DNA of 64,000 bases from positions 315,394,001 through 315,458,000 of the forward strand of contig OZ024742.1 in assembly GCA_964016885.1 (NCBI GenBank). The letters run 5' to 3'. Position 1 is the stretch's first letter. Every line of letters begins with the position of its first letter. Under the pieces are notes generated by a model, which ran no database searches, was not told where the DNA came from, and saw nothing but the letters and a program-made list of their open reading frames with translations. The translations under genes and the position numbers were made by a program. The DNA comes from Eledone cirrhosa. Its lineage: Eukaryota. Shown piece by piece: positions 25,824-38,856 of this stretch.

Positions 25824-26173
25824 TCTGAGTTCAAATCACACCGAGGTTAGCTTTGCCTTTCATCCTTACGGGGTCGATAAAATAAAGTACCAGTAACATA
25901 CTGGTTTGATTTAATTGACTTTCCCTTTCCCAAAATATTGTTGGCCTTGGGCCTACATCAGAAACCATCATTATTATTTCTGTAAGGCGGTGGATTGGCA
26001 GTATCAGTAGAGGATCGGACGCCATGCTTTGCAGCGTAGAGTTACGTCCCTTTACGGCCTGAGTTCAAATCCCGCTGAGGTTAACTTTGCCTTTCATCCT
26101 TACGGGGTCGATAAAATAAAGTACCAGTAACGTACTGGGATAATTGCTGGCCTTATGTAGAAACAATTATTAT
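25824..26173 (+). mobile_element. Two tandem family A SINEs
   Basis: B-box and body match the family. The first copy is 5'-truncated. Confidence 0.8.
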
Positions 26174-26974
26174 TTCTGTGACTTTAATGTATGTATGTGT
26201 GTGTTTGAGTGTTTACTTGTGTGTGTTTGTGTGTTAGTTGTACATATATCTGATCATTTTGATCGCTGACTACAACTTATTAATGTATGATAGAATATTT
26301 CTGGTACTGTTTCTAAATAGATAATTATGTTTTGTTTGTCGTTATTATTGAAATCTGAAACAGAATTTTGAATTTTCAACAGGTTAAGCAAATTAATGCT
26401 CTCAAATGCGAAGAAAGAAATATATTTATAAACTTTAAACGCAAATAAAATATATTTATGATCTTCAAATGCAAATAAAATATATTTATGATCTTCAAAT
26501 GCAAATAAAATATATTTATGATCTTCAAATGTAAACGAAATATATTTATGTAGGAAATAAAAAGCGTTGGACCTTCATTGGTTACGATGAGTATTTCAGT
26601 TTTTTTACCAATGGACAGCCTGCTCGGAAAATTGACGTACAAGTGGCTGGACATTCCACAGACACGTGTACTTTTAACATAATTCTTATGGAGGTTATGT
26701 ATAATAAAGTGAGTGACAAGGTCGGCCCTTTGAATCACAAGTAAAATTCATTTTGTTTCCAGTCGAATAGACTAGATCAACATGAAATAAAGTGTCCTAC
26801 TGTGCTAAATATTTTCAGCACCTCAACAATGATCGTTGATAGTCATACTACTTTCTCTTGTTTTCATATCTTTAATGGATCCTCCGACCGTATAGCTGTT
26901 AACATCAATAGGTGTTCTCTCAGTTGAGTTTACATCGGATAACCCATCTTTCTCCCATCCTCCTCCTAATTTAG

Positions 26975-27175
26975 CAAACCTGTCAACTCTCTCCGTCCGA
27001 CGGGGAGATCTCCCACCCACTTTGAAATGGGTGAGAGATGTCTTCTCTTGTTAAAATAAGTATATCTTTCATTATGTAAAATATCCTCATTTTGCCTCAT
27101 TTCTCCCCATTTGGGGGCACGTTTTTCATGGTCCTCACCGTTTGGGTTATTAGAGGTTGGCAGGTCTGCATTTAG
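26975..27175 (-). repeat. Unclassified interspersed repeat; second copy at 43860-44060 (+)
   Basis: The two regions are similar in DNA and in translation (LPTS.NPNGE.HEK...DILHNE...KRRHLSP). Confidence 0.7.
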
Positions 27176-28736
27176 TGTAGTGTGTTTAGTGTACTGCATT
27201 TAAAGTACCAAGTCTAAGCTTGATTGTTCCATCACATACTCTGACTATTTCAATTTCTCTATCTATCCATTTTCTACTAACAATATACCTACCGCCCAGC
27301 ACTTCTGCCAACCCAGAAGAATTTTACTTGTGTTCCTTGCCAATGAGAATTCGGTGGGGGGATCCTCTCTATCTCCCCTCTTGTAGACAAAACACATCCA
27401 CCTGGCCCTACTATACTTTCTCTAGAGCGATCTTTCATCGTACCGACGTTGACTTTGGCAGCCCTAAAATGTTGCACCTGACAGAAAGAGAAAAGTTTTC
27501 GATTGTGACAGTGATGTGTGGGCTGTTACGTGTCTGTCTACACCTGTAAACTAAGAATTTTATGAGGACGCTTTATGGTGGCCGAAAGGTACCCATGCCA
27601 AGTTACCCAAGTACCATTTGCAGTATTGACAGAGTGTTAATCTTGTATACCTAGTAAAGGTTTGTCATTGAATTTGTGCCAAGCAAATTTTTTCACGTTT
27701 TTTTTTGGGGGGGGGGGGTTTACAATTGAATACCCTCTCGGTTACTTGGCAGAGTCGTTAGAACGTTGGGTAGAATGCTTTGCCGTATTCGTTTCGGCCC
27801 TCTGAACTCTGAGTTCAAATCCCGTCGAGGTCAACTTTGCTTTTCATCCATTCAAGGTCGGTAAAAACGTGCTAGTTTAATATTGGGGGCGATTCTTCTC
27901 GCTTCCATTTTGTCCCTCTATATCCTTCTCTGACAGACATCTGCTGTATTCAGACCTGGGAAGATGGGCGCCACCAGATTTTTTTTAATGTCCTAGAAAT
28001 GTCAATAAGGCGTCCCTACGACTCTCTTGGAAGTTACGTGTCCATACATAACATACCATATATACCCTAACGGTCATCAATCACTTTGCAACATGACCTA
28101 GGTGTATTTTTTCCTATCACTGGCACTAGAAAGGGTGACTGCCTCCGACTTCTAAACACTATAGCAGTTTTATACAAAGTCACTACTCTCCTAGATGGCT
28201 TGCCTTCGCTGTGGCAGGTATAGACCACAACACCTTCGTGTAATTTCCAATAATGTTGGATTTATTTGATGTACCGAACTTCCATGCGGCTGAGGAACCC
28301 CATGTGTTCATGGTTGTAAAATGGAAAGATTTAACTACTAGGGTTTTTCAAGGCGGCAGCCTACAGCGCTATGAATATAAGTTGTCTCTGTGGTGTAGAG
28401 GAGGGCTATAGAAAAGATATGGGAGGAGAGATGATGATTTAATGCGACTAAACATAAAGTTTGTCTCCGTAACATGTGAAGAGATAGTAAAGGTTGGTTT
28501 ACAGAGGTATTCTGGATGACTGGTAGTGAGTCTGTCTCCGTGGTGCTATGAAGAGAAAGGAATATTTAGCAAGTATTGTCGAAGTTTGCAGTGAACTGGG
28601 AGGTGCGGTATGATGTATTAAAATATGTGTCATATTGATATATTCTTGTAGGCATAAGATTGTGAAATTTGGTGGAATGTATGTCAATCAGAACATTGAT
28701 AGTGAGACTAGCCTGCCACACATTAATTCCTACTAA

Positions 28737-29050
28737 ATAATGGTTTCTGGTTTAGGTACAATGCAAGAAATTTAGGGGGAGGGGAAAGTCAATAAAATCG
28801 ACCCCAGTGTGTAACTCGTACTTTATTTTATCCTACCCCGTAAGGATGAGAGGCAAAGCTAACAATGGCGGGATTTAAACTCAATTCCGACTAAATAATG
28901 ATTTCTAGTATAGGCACAAGGCCAGTAATTTGGGGAAGGGGAAAGTCGATTAAATCGACCCCAGTACTGGTACTTTATTTAACGACCCCGTAAGGATGAA
29001 AGGCAAAGCTAATATCGACGGGATTTGAACTCAATTCTGACTAAATAATA
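28737..29050 (-). mobile_element. Two 5'-truncated family A SINEs in tandem
   Basis: Reverse-complement body. Both copies end with CTCAATTC.GACTAAATAAT, which suggests a local duplication. Confidence 0.7.
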
Positions 29051-30720
29051 CTATACAATTTTTAATTAATCTCCTGCTAGTATGACTTATTTTCATTCGT
29101 CTGGAATCAATAGAATAAGTATCAGTAACGTAATACGAAACTCGTCGATTCAACCAACGTTATCCTCCCTTTGAAAATTGATCGTGATCTAAAGAATAGT
29201 ATAAAGCTGAAATGCCAGGCGCTGAACAGCGAGTTGTAAGCTTCTGTCAAACTAGATATTAAAAGAAGAAAACTATTTTAAAGCTGACATGTTGCAATTT
29301 GATGGTGGATACAATAGAATGTAGAGTTAAATGTCTCTGTATATTTTTGTCCTTTTATATTCTGAGTTCATCAGCATTCAGAGATCCATTTTATCTTACA
29401 TCTCTTCTGGAGTTTCATTCAACTGACTTCTTCGATTATAATTTACCGGAAGTTAAATTCGATCATGTTGCTTAATACGTAAAGAAACCAAACGTCTTCT
29501 AATGTGGAATTTAAACTTTAACACCGTCACAAGGGCAAGTTTTATAGCTACTTAGAATTTCCCAGCCTGACATTTAATTCGTTCATGGTCAGTAAACACA
29601 GAGCTATAATTATATCGAGGTTAATCTTTTTAGAGAAGCTGCGCTTCCTAAGACAGTAAGTAACGAAATAAGAATCTTTGTGATGTATCCGACTATATAT
29701 TGACAACTACTTTATATTTTGTCTTTCGTTAGCTGAGAGTTATTTAAAAACAGACTGCTAAGACAGATATAACTGAAAGACCACTAGTAATACTATTGCA
29801 ATCATAAACGTCAACAATTTCACTATTAGTTAGCACGGTAGAGCAAAGATCGACCGAGATTGTAATGACTTCTGTTCCTTTAACTTTATATTGCTAGAAT
29901 ATTTAACTCCTTTAATAGCAAACTGACTGAAACCTCCCTGATTCTACAAGAATAAAATGTTTAAATGTTTATATGTATCTAAAGACCTTCAATCATAATT
30001 TCACATAAGTGCTTTAGTTAAGTAAGGTTCCAAGCCACATTTTAAATCTTTCAATACTAAACCGCCTGAAACTGCCCCTATTTCTATGATACAAGACTGT
30101 TATAAAACAATTATATTTATCGAAAACCCTTCCACCATGATTCTATATAAGAACCTTTGTTAAGTTATCCTTCAAATACCAGCTTAATGAGAAAGTTAGT
30201 TATATTAGTGGACTTCTTTAAATACTTGATTATTTTCAGAATGTTTTTCATTAGAAATATGATAACGAAAAGTTTTAAAGCGAGGTGGTGAAAGTAGGTA
30301 AAGCTATTTTACTTGCTAATTAATGCTAAATCATAGACAACAACAGCTATCTCTTCTGACACATTAATTCGGTTTTCATATAAAATGACTTAATAATTCA
30401 ATAGTTTTCTTGTTTAGGCACAAAGCCAACACATTTGGGTGAAGGGCAAAGTCGGTTAAATCAACCCCAATACTTGACAAGTACTTTATTTTATTGTTAC
30501 TGGTAGAAAGAAAGGTAAAGTTGACTTTGGCAGGATTTGAACTCAGAATGTAAAGAGCCTGAAGAAATATCGCATTATCATTTTATCTGATGCTCTATCA
30601 ATTCTACCAATCTTAATAATATAATATTTTAACACTATTAAAGGAAACCCTACCAGATAACCACACTCACACACTTTTATTTTCTGTATCTATCCTTTGT
30701 GATCTTGTCTCTATCATTGT

Positions 30721-30757
30721 ACTCCTGAAGAAGGGCTAAAGCCCGACACGTCGAATT
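30721..30757 (+). ncRNA. Degenerate minimal hammerhead (GAAAC>GACAC)
   Basis: tc-CTGAAGA-a-GGGC-taaa-GCCC-GAcAC-GTC-ga in a short segment ending at (TA)n. Confidence 0.55.
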
Positions 30758-30827
30758 ATCTTTCTCCTTTTCCATATAAAGCGAGAAACTAATAAGACTT
30801 GTTGTACTTCTGTTAGCTGTTTCCTTG

Positions 30828-30889
<62 letters not shown>

Positions 30890-30958
30890 TATGAAGAGAG
30901 AAGAAACATTTAGATATAATTAGTAATAAAATGTATCATACCTAAACTGCTCCTAGAT

Positions 30959-31048
30959 TCCTCGACTACGTAGTTTCGTGGCATAAACAAAAACAATACA
31001 TCATAAAGATATAGAGTCCCTGCGAGGTCTGCCGACTTATCAAGAGGA
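30959..31048 (-). ncRNA. Type-I hammerhead ribozyme, U3-A8 variant
   Basis: tcctc-TTGATAA-gt(c)ggca...tgccac-GAAAC-tacgta-GTC-gagga. Confidence 0.75.
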
Positions 31049-31551
31049 TACCTCATTTTACTAGTCTCAAGAACGCGTCTACACGACGTGAGAAAGAATC
31101 CCAAAAGGCGGAGGGGGAGATAGTCACGCGATATAACGGTCGAGAAACAGAGCTAAGCCTCTTATAACTCCGAAGAAAATACCACGGAGGCGGAGGGGGT
31201 ATTTATATCGAAGCCGTAGAAGAGGTGGTGAAGGAGGCGAGAAGTATGAGTAATGGAAGCTTTTCAGCAGTCCCCACACTTCAAAGGTTGCTCGACCAGA
31301 GGGAGTTATTAACAATATATTTAGAAACACACAGATACATGCGGACACACACATATACATGAATGCATCCGCACCCAACCGTGAGTTAAGGGTGCCAACT
31401 TCACCGATGTTGCTCAATGAATGACTGGGACAGACCAATCCGGTTGAACCAGACTGAACCAGTATCAGAGTTAAAAATACATTATGAAGAGAGAAGAAAC
31501 ATTTAGATATAATTAGTAATAAAATGTATCATACCTAAACTGCTCCTAGAT

Positions 31552-31641
31552 TCCTCGACTACGTAGTTTCGTGGCATAAACAAAAACAATACATCATAAA
31601 GATATAGAGTCCCTGCGAGGTCTGCCGACTTATCAAGAGGA
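31552..31641 (-). ncRNA. Type-I hammerhead ribozyme, U3-A8 variant (second copy)
   Basis: Identical to 30959-31048. Confidence 0.75.
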
Positions 31642-31774
31642 TACCTCATTTTACTAGTCTCAAGAACGCGTCTACACGACGTGAGAAAGAATTCCAAAAG
31701 GCGGAGGGGGAGATAGTCACGCGATATAACGGTCGAGAAACAGAGCTAAGCCTCTTATAAACCCTGTGTGTTTC

Positions 31775-31818
<44 letters not shown>

Positions 31819-31835
31819 TACATATATATTTATCT

Positions 31836-31985
31836 AATTAATATAGAAAAGGTTTCTACAAGACTAGAACTGTTTCATTCGGGAGAAATCAGTTCTAGTC
31901 CTGTAGAAGCCTTTTCTATATTAAATATTTATACTCTGCTTTGTATTGAGTACCTTACTTACTATGGTTACTCCCGATTGAACCT

Positions 31986-31988
<3 letters not shown>
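31836..31988 (+). mobile_element. Short hairpin element in (TA)n; siblings at 57031-57208 and a tail-only copy at 5370-5440
   Basis: AATATAGAAAAGG.TTCTACA.GACTAGAACTG is inverted. The tail GTATTGAGTACCTTACTTACT.TGGTTAC is shared among copies. Confidence 0.75.
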
Positions 31989-32029
<41 letters not shown>

Positions 32030-32155
32030 AAGTTTTATTTAAATTGTTGGGTTACAACGAGTAAATATTTATAACTGATATAAAAGCACTCAACAAGTAT
32101 TTGGAGTATATTTACGATATTAAATAAATGGAAACTATATTTATAAAACCATATT

Positions 32156-32221
32156 TATTTCATTATATATATTTCAGGGATATCATATTAAAAATATGTT
32201 ATGCCTTCTTCAGACAAAATA
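32156..32221 (-). ncRNA. Type-I hammerhead ribozyme (family of the 1210-3666 element), inside an inverted-end element at 32113-32366
   Basis: tattttgt-CTGAAGA-aggcataacatatt..aatatgatatccct-GAAA-tatatATA-atgaaata. Confidence 0.7.
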
Positions 32222-32364
32222 CAATATAAACAGTCTTATAAATAGATAGATTCGACATACCTTTCAACTTCGACTTCCATTTTCAAATGGAAATATATAT
32301 AATGAAATATATATAATGAAATAAATATGGTTTTATAAATATAGTTTCCATTTATTTAATATCG

Positions 32365-32399
<35 letters not shown>

Positions 32400-32964
32400 G
32401 TTAGGTTTTTTTTACAAAATGAAAAATAACCGAGGTGTCTTACACGAGTGAAAGTATAAGGAAAGAAGATGAAATCGAAAATGCAACTGGCGTCTTTTTT
32501 TTTTTAAATATATATTTTTGAAAAGCAGAACTGCGAAACCGGCAAAGGAACCAAATAAATATATATATATATTTTTTTTAATACTCCAGTTGCATTTTCG
32601 ATTTCATCTTCTTTCCTTATAGAAACATACATATACGCACACATGCATTGCACACTGATGGGCACATACATATTTGTACACAAGTATTCCCATACGGCAG
32701 GGCCTAATGGATTCCCCTTGCAGTACGTACAATCTGGACACTCACACACACCTTGGTGTTATGACAATACTATACATCATTTCACCCCTTTTATTATTAA
32801 TGTTTTTGATGTTCTTTTGAGAGAATCGTTTTTGCAAATTACTGAAAATATCGAATAACACTGGTCCATCCACATACACACACATACACACATACACACA
32901 TACACACACACACACACACACACATACACACACACATACACACGCGTACACTAACATACAAACA

Positions 32965-33075
<111 letters not shown>

Positions 33076-33793
33076 CTCCGTATAAGACAAGAGCTGAAAA
33101 ATATCTTTCAACATGTTAAAACATCCCCCACACACGTACACACACATTCCTACTGACCGAATTTATTTCCTCTACTACGAACCACTCTGCTACACACACA
33201 CACACATATTTGTCTCAATATACACCTGAACTGTTGACCTTTCAACATGACTGCAATTCACACACACATCCCTACTGACCATTATCAGAACAATGAACCT
33301 CTTTACTATACACACACACACACACACACACACACATTTGTCTTAATAAACTTATTTTTCAGTGACTTCTCAATCAGGCGAGAAAGGACACTCTTCGACA
33401 AACCTACATTTGGCGCAAAATCAATTTTTAACATTCACGTGACCTCTACCGACCAATCAAACTTGTTTTGACTACAAGAATTTTTGCAACACGAATTGGC
33501 GCGAAATTTATAGTACTCATTCACGTGACATTCAACAACCAACCAAATCTTAATACCTCTGGAGCCACTTTTTTCACATAAAACAGGAAGAATTTCCAAA
33601 ACTGATCAGATTAGAGGAAACATCACGAGCGCTCTATCTCAAAATTATTTTTGAAAAGCATTAGAAATGCGCAACCGGTAAAAACTTAAAACTAAAACTG
33701 AATACTAACCAATACTTATTACTAATTTATACTTATTCCTAATTAAACTAATTTTCACTGGGAAAAATTTGTCAGCATTTTCTTTTCCTTTTA

Positions 33794-33884
<91 letters not shown>

Positions 33885-33944
33885 TGTATATATAAATATA
33901 TATATATATGTATATATAAATATATATATATGTATATTATATAA

Positions 33945-34769
33945 AACCGGATAAACCCGGATCCTGTAGATAAAATACGTGTTAGAAATAGTAAAGGTAA
34001 GAATAGGAGAAGACCTAATACCTACTTTAACACACCTTATAATTATGATGTACTAATATCCCTAGGTCTTTCTGTTCTATTTTAGAGAAAAATTTCCCTC
34101 CTGCTAATAAATATCATAGTATCTTCAATAAGAACGTCATTAAACTCTCCTTCTCTACTACCCCTAACATTAGTTCACATCTTGCTAGCACTAATAATAA
34201 GAAAATTAGGGACAGCTACTGCTCGTTACTTACCACTAATTTAGATAGTTCTATCAATTACGTACCACCCGGGCAGGTCTTGTTGTCTAATAACCCTAGG
34301 AATAATACTTCGCGTAATGAGCTAATCACTAGTACCCGTAAGTGTAATTGTAGAAGAAGTAATAGCTGCCCTTTAAATGGTCACTGCCTCTCTAGCAATA
34401 TTGTTTATGCATGTGATGTTAAGACTAATTCTTCTTGTAAAACATATATAGGCTCCACATCTAATACTTTTAAAACTAGGTTTAATTCACATATCTCTAA
34501 TTTTAAGCATATCAAATTTAAAAACTCAACTTCTTTGGCACACCATATTTGAGACTGGTATACCGTACAGTCTACATTGGCGTATTGTAGCCCATTCTAA
34601 TCACCATTCCACCCACGCTTAGTTCTGTAATCTTTGCATTCTAGAGACCCATTCTATAATTTTCTCTAAGAACGTATTGCTTAATAGAAAATCGGAAATC
34701 TTTTCTTCCTGTCCGCATGCTATCTCTAATTCCTTCTTCTATTATAAACCTAAAAGCTCAGGTAGTTGA
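33945..34769 (+). pseudogene. PLE linker + GIY-YIG endonuclease, disrupted
   Basis: RRRPNTYFNTPY..FPPANKYHSIFNKNVIKLSFS..CNCRRSNSCPLNGHC..IVY..TYIGST..FKTRF.SH..TSLAHHI, followed by stops and frameshifts. Confidence 0.85.
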
Positions 34770-35992
34770 ATCCGTATCCATTAGCTGCTTGGATTCCTTA
34801 TCACTTTGGTTTTTTAGTTCATTATTATTATTATTAGTTTTCTACGGTTTATTGATTTTAGTTTTTCTAGTTTTTTAGCTGTTGTAGCCCATTTATCACC
34901 TTGTCCATTATTTCATTTTTACTCATCCTTGTCAACTTATATATTTCTATCTTTATATTCCTCCCTGATTGGAATGTATCTTATTGCCTCCTTGAATAGC
35001 TAATAGTTTAATTTTAGTCTTCTACATCTACGGCTAATGAACCTCATTCTTTCTACACTTAATCTTCGCCTTATTGAATATATATATATTATACTTTTAT
35101 GTTTCTTCTTGCCCTCCGTAATTTTACTTCTTTCTGTTACCCTTTGTCTACCATAGTTTTAATTGGAGTTTTTTACTTTGGATAACGTCAGTCGTCACGA
35201 CGGAGATTAATATATCTTCGATGAATGTAGTAGCTCATTTGTTGAAATATCTTGATCTCTATCGGCATTGGTGACTTAAATTTTATTCCATATGAAGTGC
35301 CCCATAATGTTTATTCCACTATTATAAGATTAATTAAATTAATAAGGGTTTCAATTCAATTTTTTGATTTTGAATAGTTGTATCCTTTATTTTCACCTAA
35401 TAGTTTGTTGCGCCTACGTGATTTTGTGTTTGTGTTTGTTTTTGTTTTCGTTTTGCTTTGCTACCACATGCTGTCTGTCTTTTCTTTCTTCTGTCACTTA
35501 TGTCCATGATTTTATCGTGTAAATATGCTTTAAACTTTCTCCCTTGCTATTGTGTGTCTGGTATTGAAATATTAATATGTAATATTATATTATATGTATT
35601 TTAATTATAAGTATGTGTCTGGTATTGAAATATTAATATGTAATATTATATGGATTTGAACTGCCTATATCTCCGTATATTTATTGTCTATTACCTATTA
35701 TATATATATACATTTTTTTTTTTTTTACCATACTTTAGATTATTATATGGTATTATTATTATTTTTTACCCTGTGAAATACATTATGTTTTTATACATAA
35801 TTTGTTGACTTTATATGCTACGTAACACGAATTTATATATTTTTTTAATGTCAATATATTATTTTCAATATATTATTTTCATTGATTTTGGCATTGTTTA
35901 ATCACACCGTCATTATATTATAATGCTTATATTTATATTTGTGTTATTATGTGTATGTGTAAATGTGTATATATATGTGTCGGAGTGAGTGT

Positions 35993-36051
<59 letters not shown>

Positions 36052-36351
36052 GTTTTATTTCTGTATTATGTGCTGTATTGTATTGTATATTATATTATAA
36101 TTTTTACATCTTATTTCCCGCATTGTATTACTATGTTGTATTTCAAGTATTAGACTTATATTGTACTTTTAACGTGGGTTTGTTTAATGTCTTGCTTGCT
36201 CTCTTGCCCTATAGTCTTTATTTACAAATGCACCCTATTAGGTTTAACATGTCTTTCCATGATAATTTTCCTAAATTTTCATAAATATCCATTCGCTGTT
36301 CTTCGGAGTTTTGGCTTGTTCTGGCCGTTGATATTTCTTGTCTTTTTCCTT

Positions 36352-36392
36352 GCTCTGATGAGTCCTAATTAATGGGACGAAACATTGTCAGC
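36352..36392 (+). ncRNA. Minimal type-I hammerhead ribozyme, canonical core
   Basis: gct-CTGATGA-GTCCT-aattaat-GGGAC-GAAAC-att-GTC-agc. Confidence 0.88.
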
Positions 36393-36577
36393 TATTAAAG
36401 ACTTTTGATGTATTAAAGGCTTCTTTGTTAATTTTATATAATTTTTCGGCTCTGTTGAATAACATATATCTTATACTGTCATTTCTCTTATACGACGACT
36501 GTGTTTAACTCTAATGCACTCAAGTATTTTATCTTATATATATGTATATATATATATGTATATATATATATATGTAT

Positions 36578-36609
<32 letters not shown>

Positions 36610-36714
36610 GTATATGTATATATATATATATGTATATGTATATATATATGTATATATATATATATATATATATGTGTATATATATATGTATATATATATA
36701 GATATATATGTATA

Positions 36715-36867
<153 letters not shown>

Positions 36868-36909
36868 CAAGTAAGTATGTTTTGAAACACTGAGCAGATT
36901 TGAAATTAG

Positions 36910-37340
<431 letters not shown>

Positions 37341-37440
37341 TATTGAAATTTCCGTTGAAAACAGAAAAGGTCATAAAAGTGAAGAGTGCTCTATGTAATT
37401 ACCAGAGCAAAATTTAATGTATAAAAATGAATACAATATA

Positions 37441-37518
37441 ATTACCTCATTACCAGAGGTTTCCCGAATGAGGTGAATACGAAAGAAACGTCTTCATTCG
37501 TTCGTCAGACGAGGCAAT
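37441..37518 (-). ncRNA. Type-I hammerhead ribozyme
   Basis: attgcctcgt-CTGACGA-aCGAATGA...TCATTCGg-GAAACC-tct-G-GTA-atgaggtaat. Stem I is 10 bp. Confidence 0.78.
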
Positions 37519-38169
37519 ATAAGACATGGCTAAATCATTGGAAAGTCTCATCAAGAAAAGCAAATATATAAATATAGACAAAGGATTTACAATAGCCATA
37601 TGAAATATATAAAAATCTTTCAAGAAATATAGTTAGGTGTGTGTAGTGCATATGTATGTATATACGCTCACAGATGTACATGCGTGTGTATGTACAAATG
37701 TGTACGTATAGTGAAAAAGTGTGCGTAAATATCTGTGTATCTGTAATTACAGACAGACATGATGTGGTTGTCTGTTTAGCAGGTACACAGAAAAACAGGG
37801 TATTAGATACATTATAAGAATATGAAGGCACGCGTATAAACACACCCACACGCACGTACACTTATATGCGGAAGTAAAAGAGGTAAGGGAGTGTAATAAT
37901 TAAAAGAAAGTATCATTCTCGATATATTTATAAAAATGGAACAATAATTTAGAAAGAAAAAATTAAAGAAAAGAAGACAAACAAGGTACACGCGTACACA
38001 CACATATATATCTACAAGAAACGTATATCTATAAGAAATATATATATATACACGCAAAAACGTGCAGACAAAAGCGTATGCAAGCACACATACACACACA
38101 GGATGCACAATATACGCATATACGCCTCGCCCCATGTATATTTAATCACGCGCACGCACGCGACTGTAT

Positions 38170-38200
<31 letters not shown>

Positions 38201-38856
38201 AATATACATGCTTATATACACACGCACACTTACACATCCATACATTCGGTACGTACACACACACACACACACATACATACACTCACGCATATTGACCTGT
38301 TTACATGCACACACATAAAAATGAGGATGAAAAAAAAGAGAAAAAAACAAAACAAAAAACATAGATGTAAAAACACAGATATAAAGACACATATACATAC
38401 ACACATATATATATATATATACACGCAGGCGCGCGCACATACGGAGGCATTCGTGTACATATATAGAAAGTATACACACATTAAGGCACTCAGGCACATA
38501 GATACAGGGTGTAAAAAGCCTTGTGGATAAGTAAGTACAAATATAAAATTATAAGATTGGCTGCGAAATAACAAAAAATATCTGGAGTGGAAAACGCAAG
38601 TGACCTGTCTAATCAGTTAGTGAAGAAAATAGGGAAGTAAAAAGTGGAAAGTGAAGGTATTAGGTAAGTGAATCGGAGAATAAAGGGGGGGTTATTGGTG
38701 GATGTGAAGTAAAAATAAAAATAAAAATAAAAAAATAAAAAAATATAAAAATAAAAATAAAAATAAAAATAAAAATAAAAATAAAAATGAAATTAATAAT
38801 AAGGATAAAAATGAAAGTAAATCAGAAAGGGTAGTCATAAAGAGAATAATAAGAGT

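Larger units (their letters stand above)
30884..31760 (-). mobile_element. ORF-less tandem element (593 bp period) with two hammerheads, retrozyme/pLTR-like, in (TA)n
   Basis: 30884-31167 is repeated almost exactly at 31477-31760. Both flanks are (TA)n. Confidence 0.85.
33945..36490 (+). mobile_element. 5'-truncated PLE (CxC-linker/GIY-YIG type) with a ~1.7 kb 3' UTR, between (TA)n tracts
   Basis: A decayed ORF at 33945-34769 and an HHR at 36352. Confidence 0.8.

Noticed and set aside
27930-28690. Possible LINE endonuclease and L2/CR1 remnants
   Set aside because: Only faint motifs (DICCIQ) are visible, too decayed to delimit or classify.
30910-31438. Short minus-strand ORFs in the 593 bp tandem element
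   Set aside because: They have non-ATG starts, no recognisable domain, and overlap the ribozyme.
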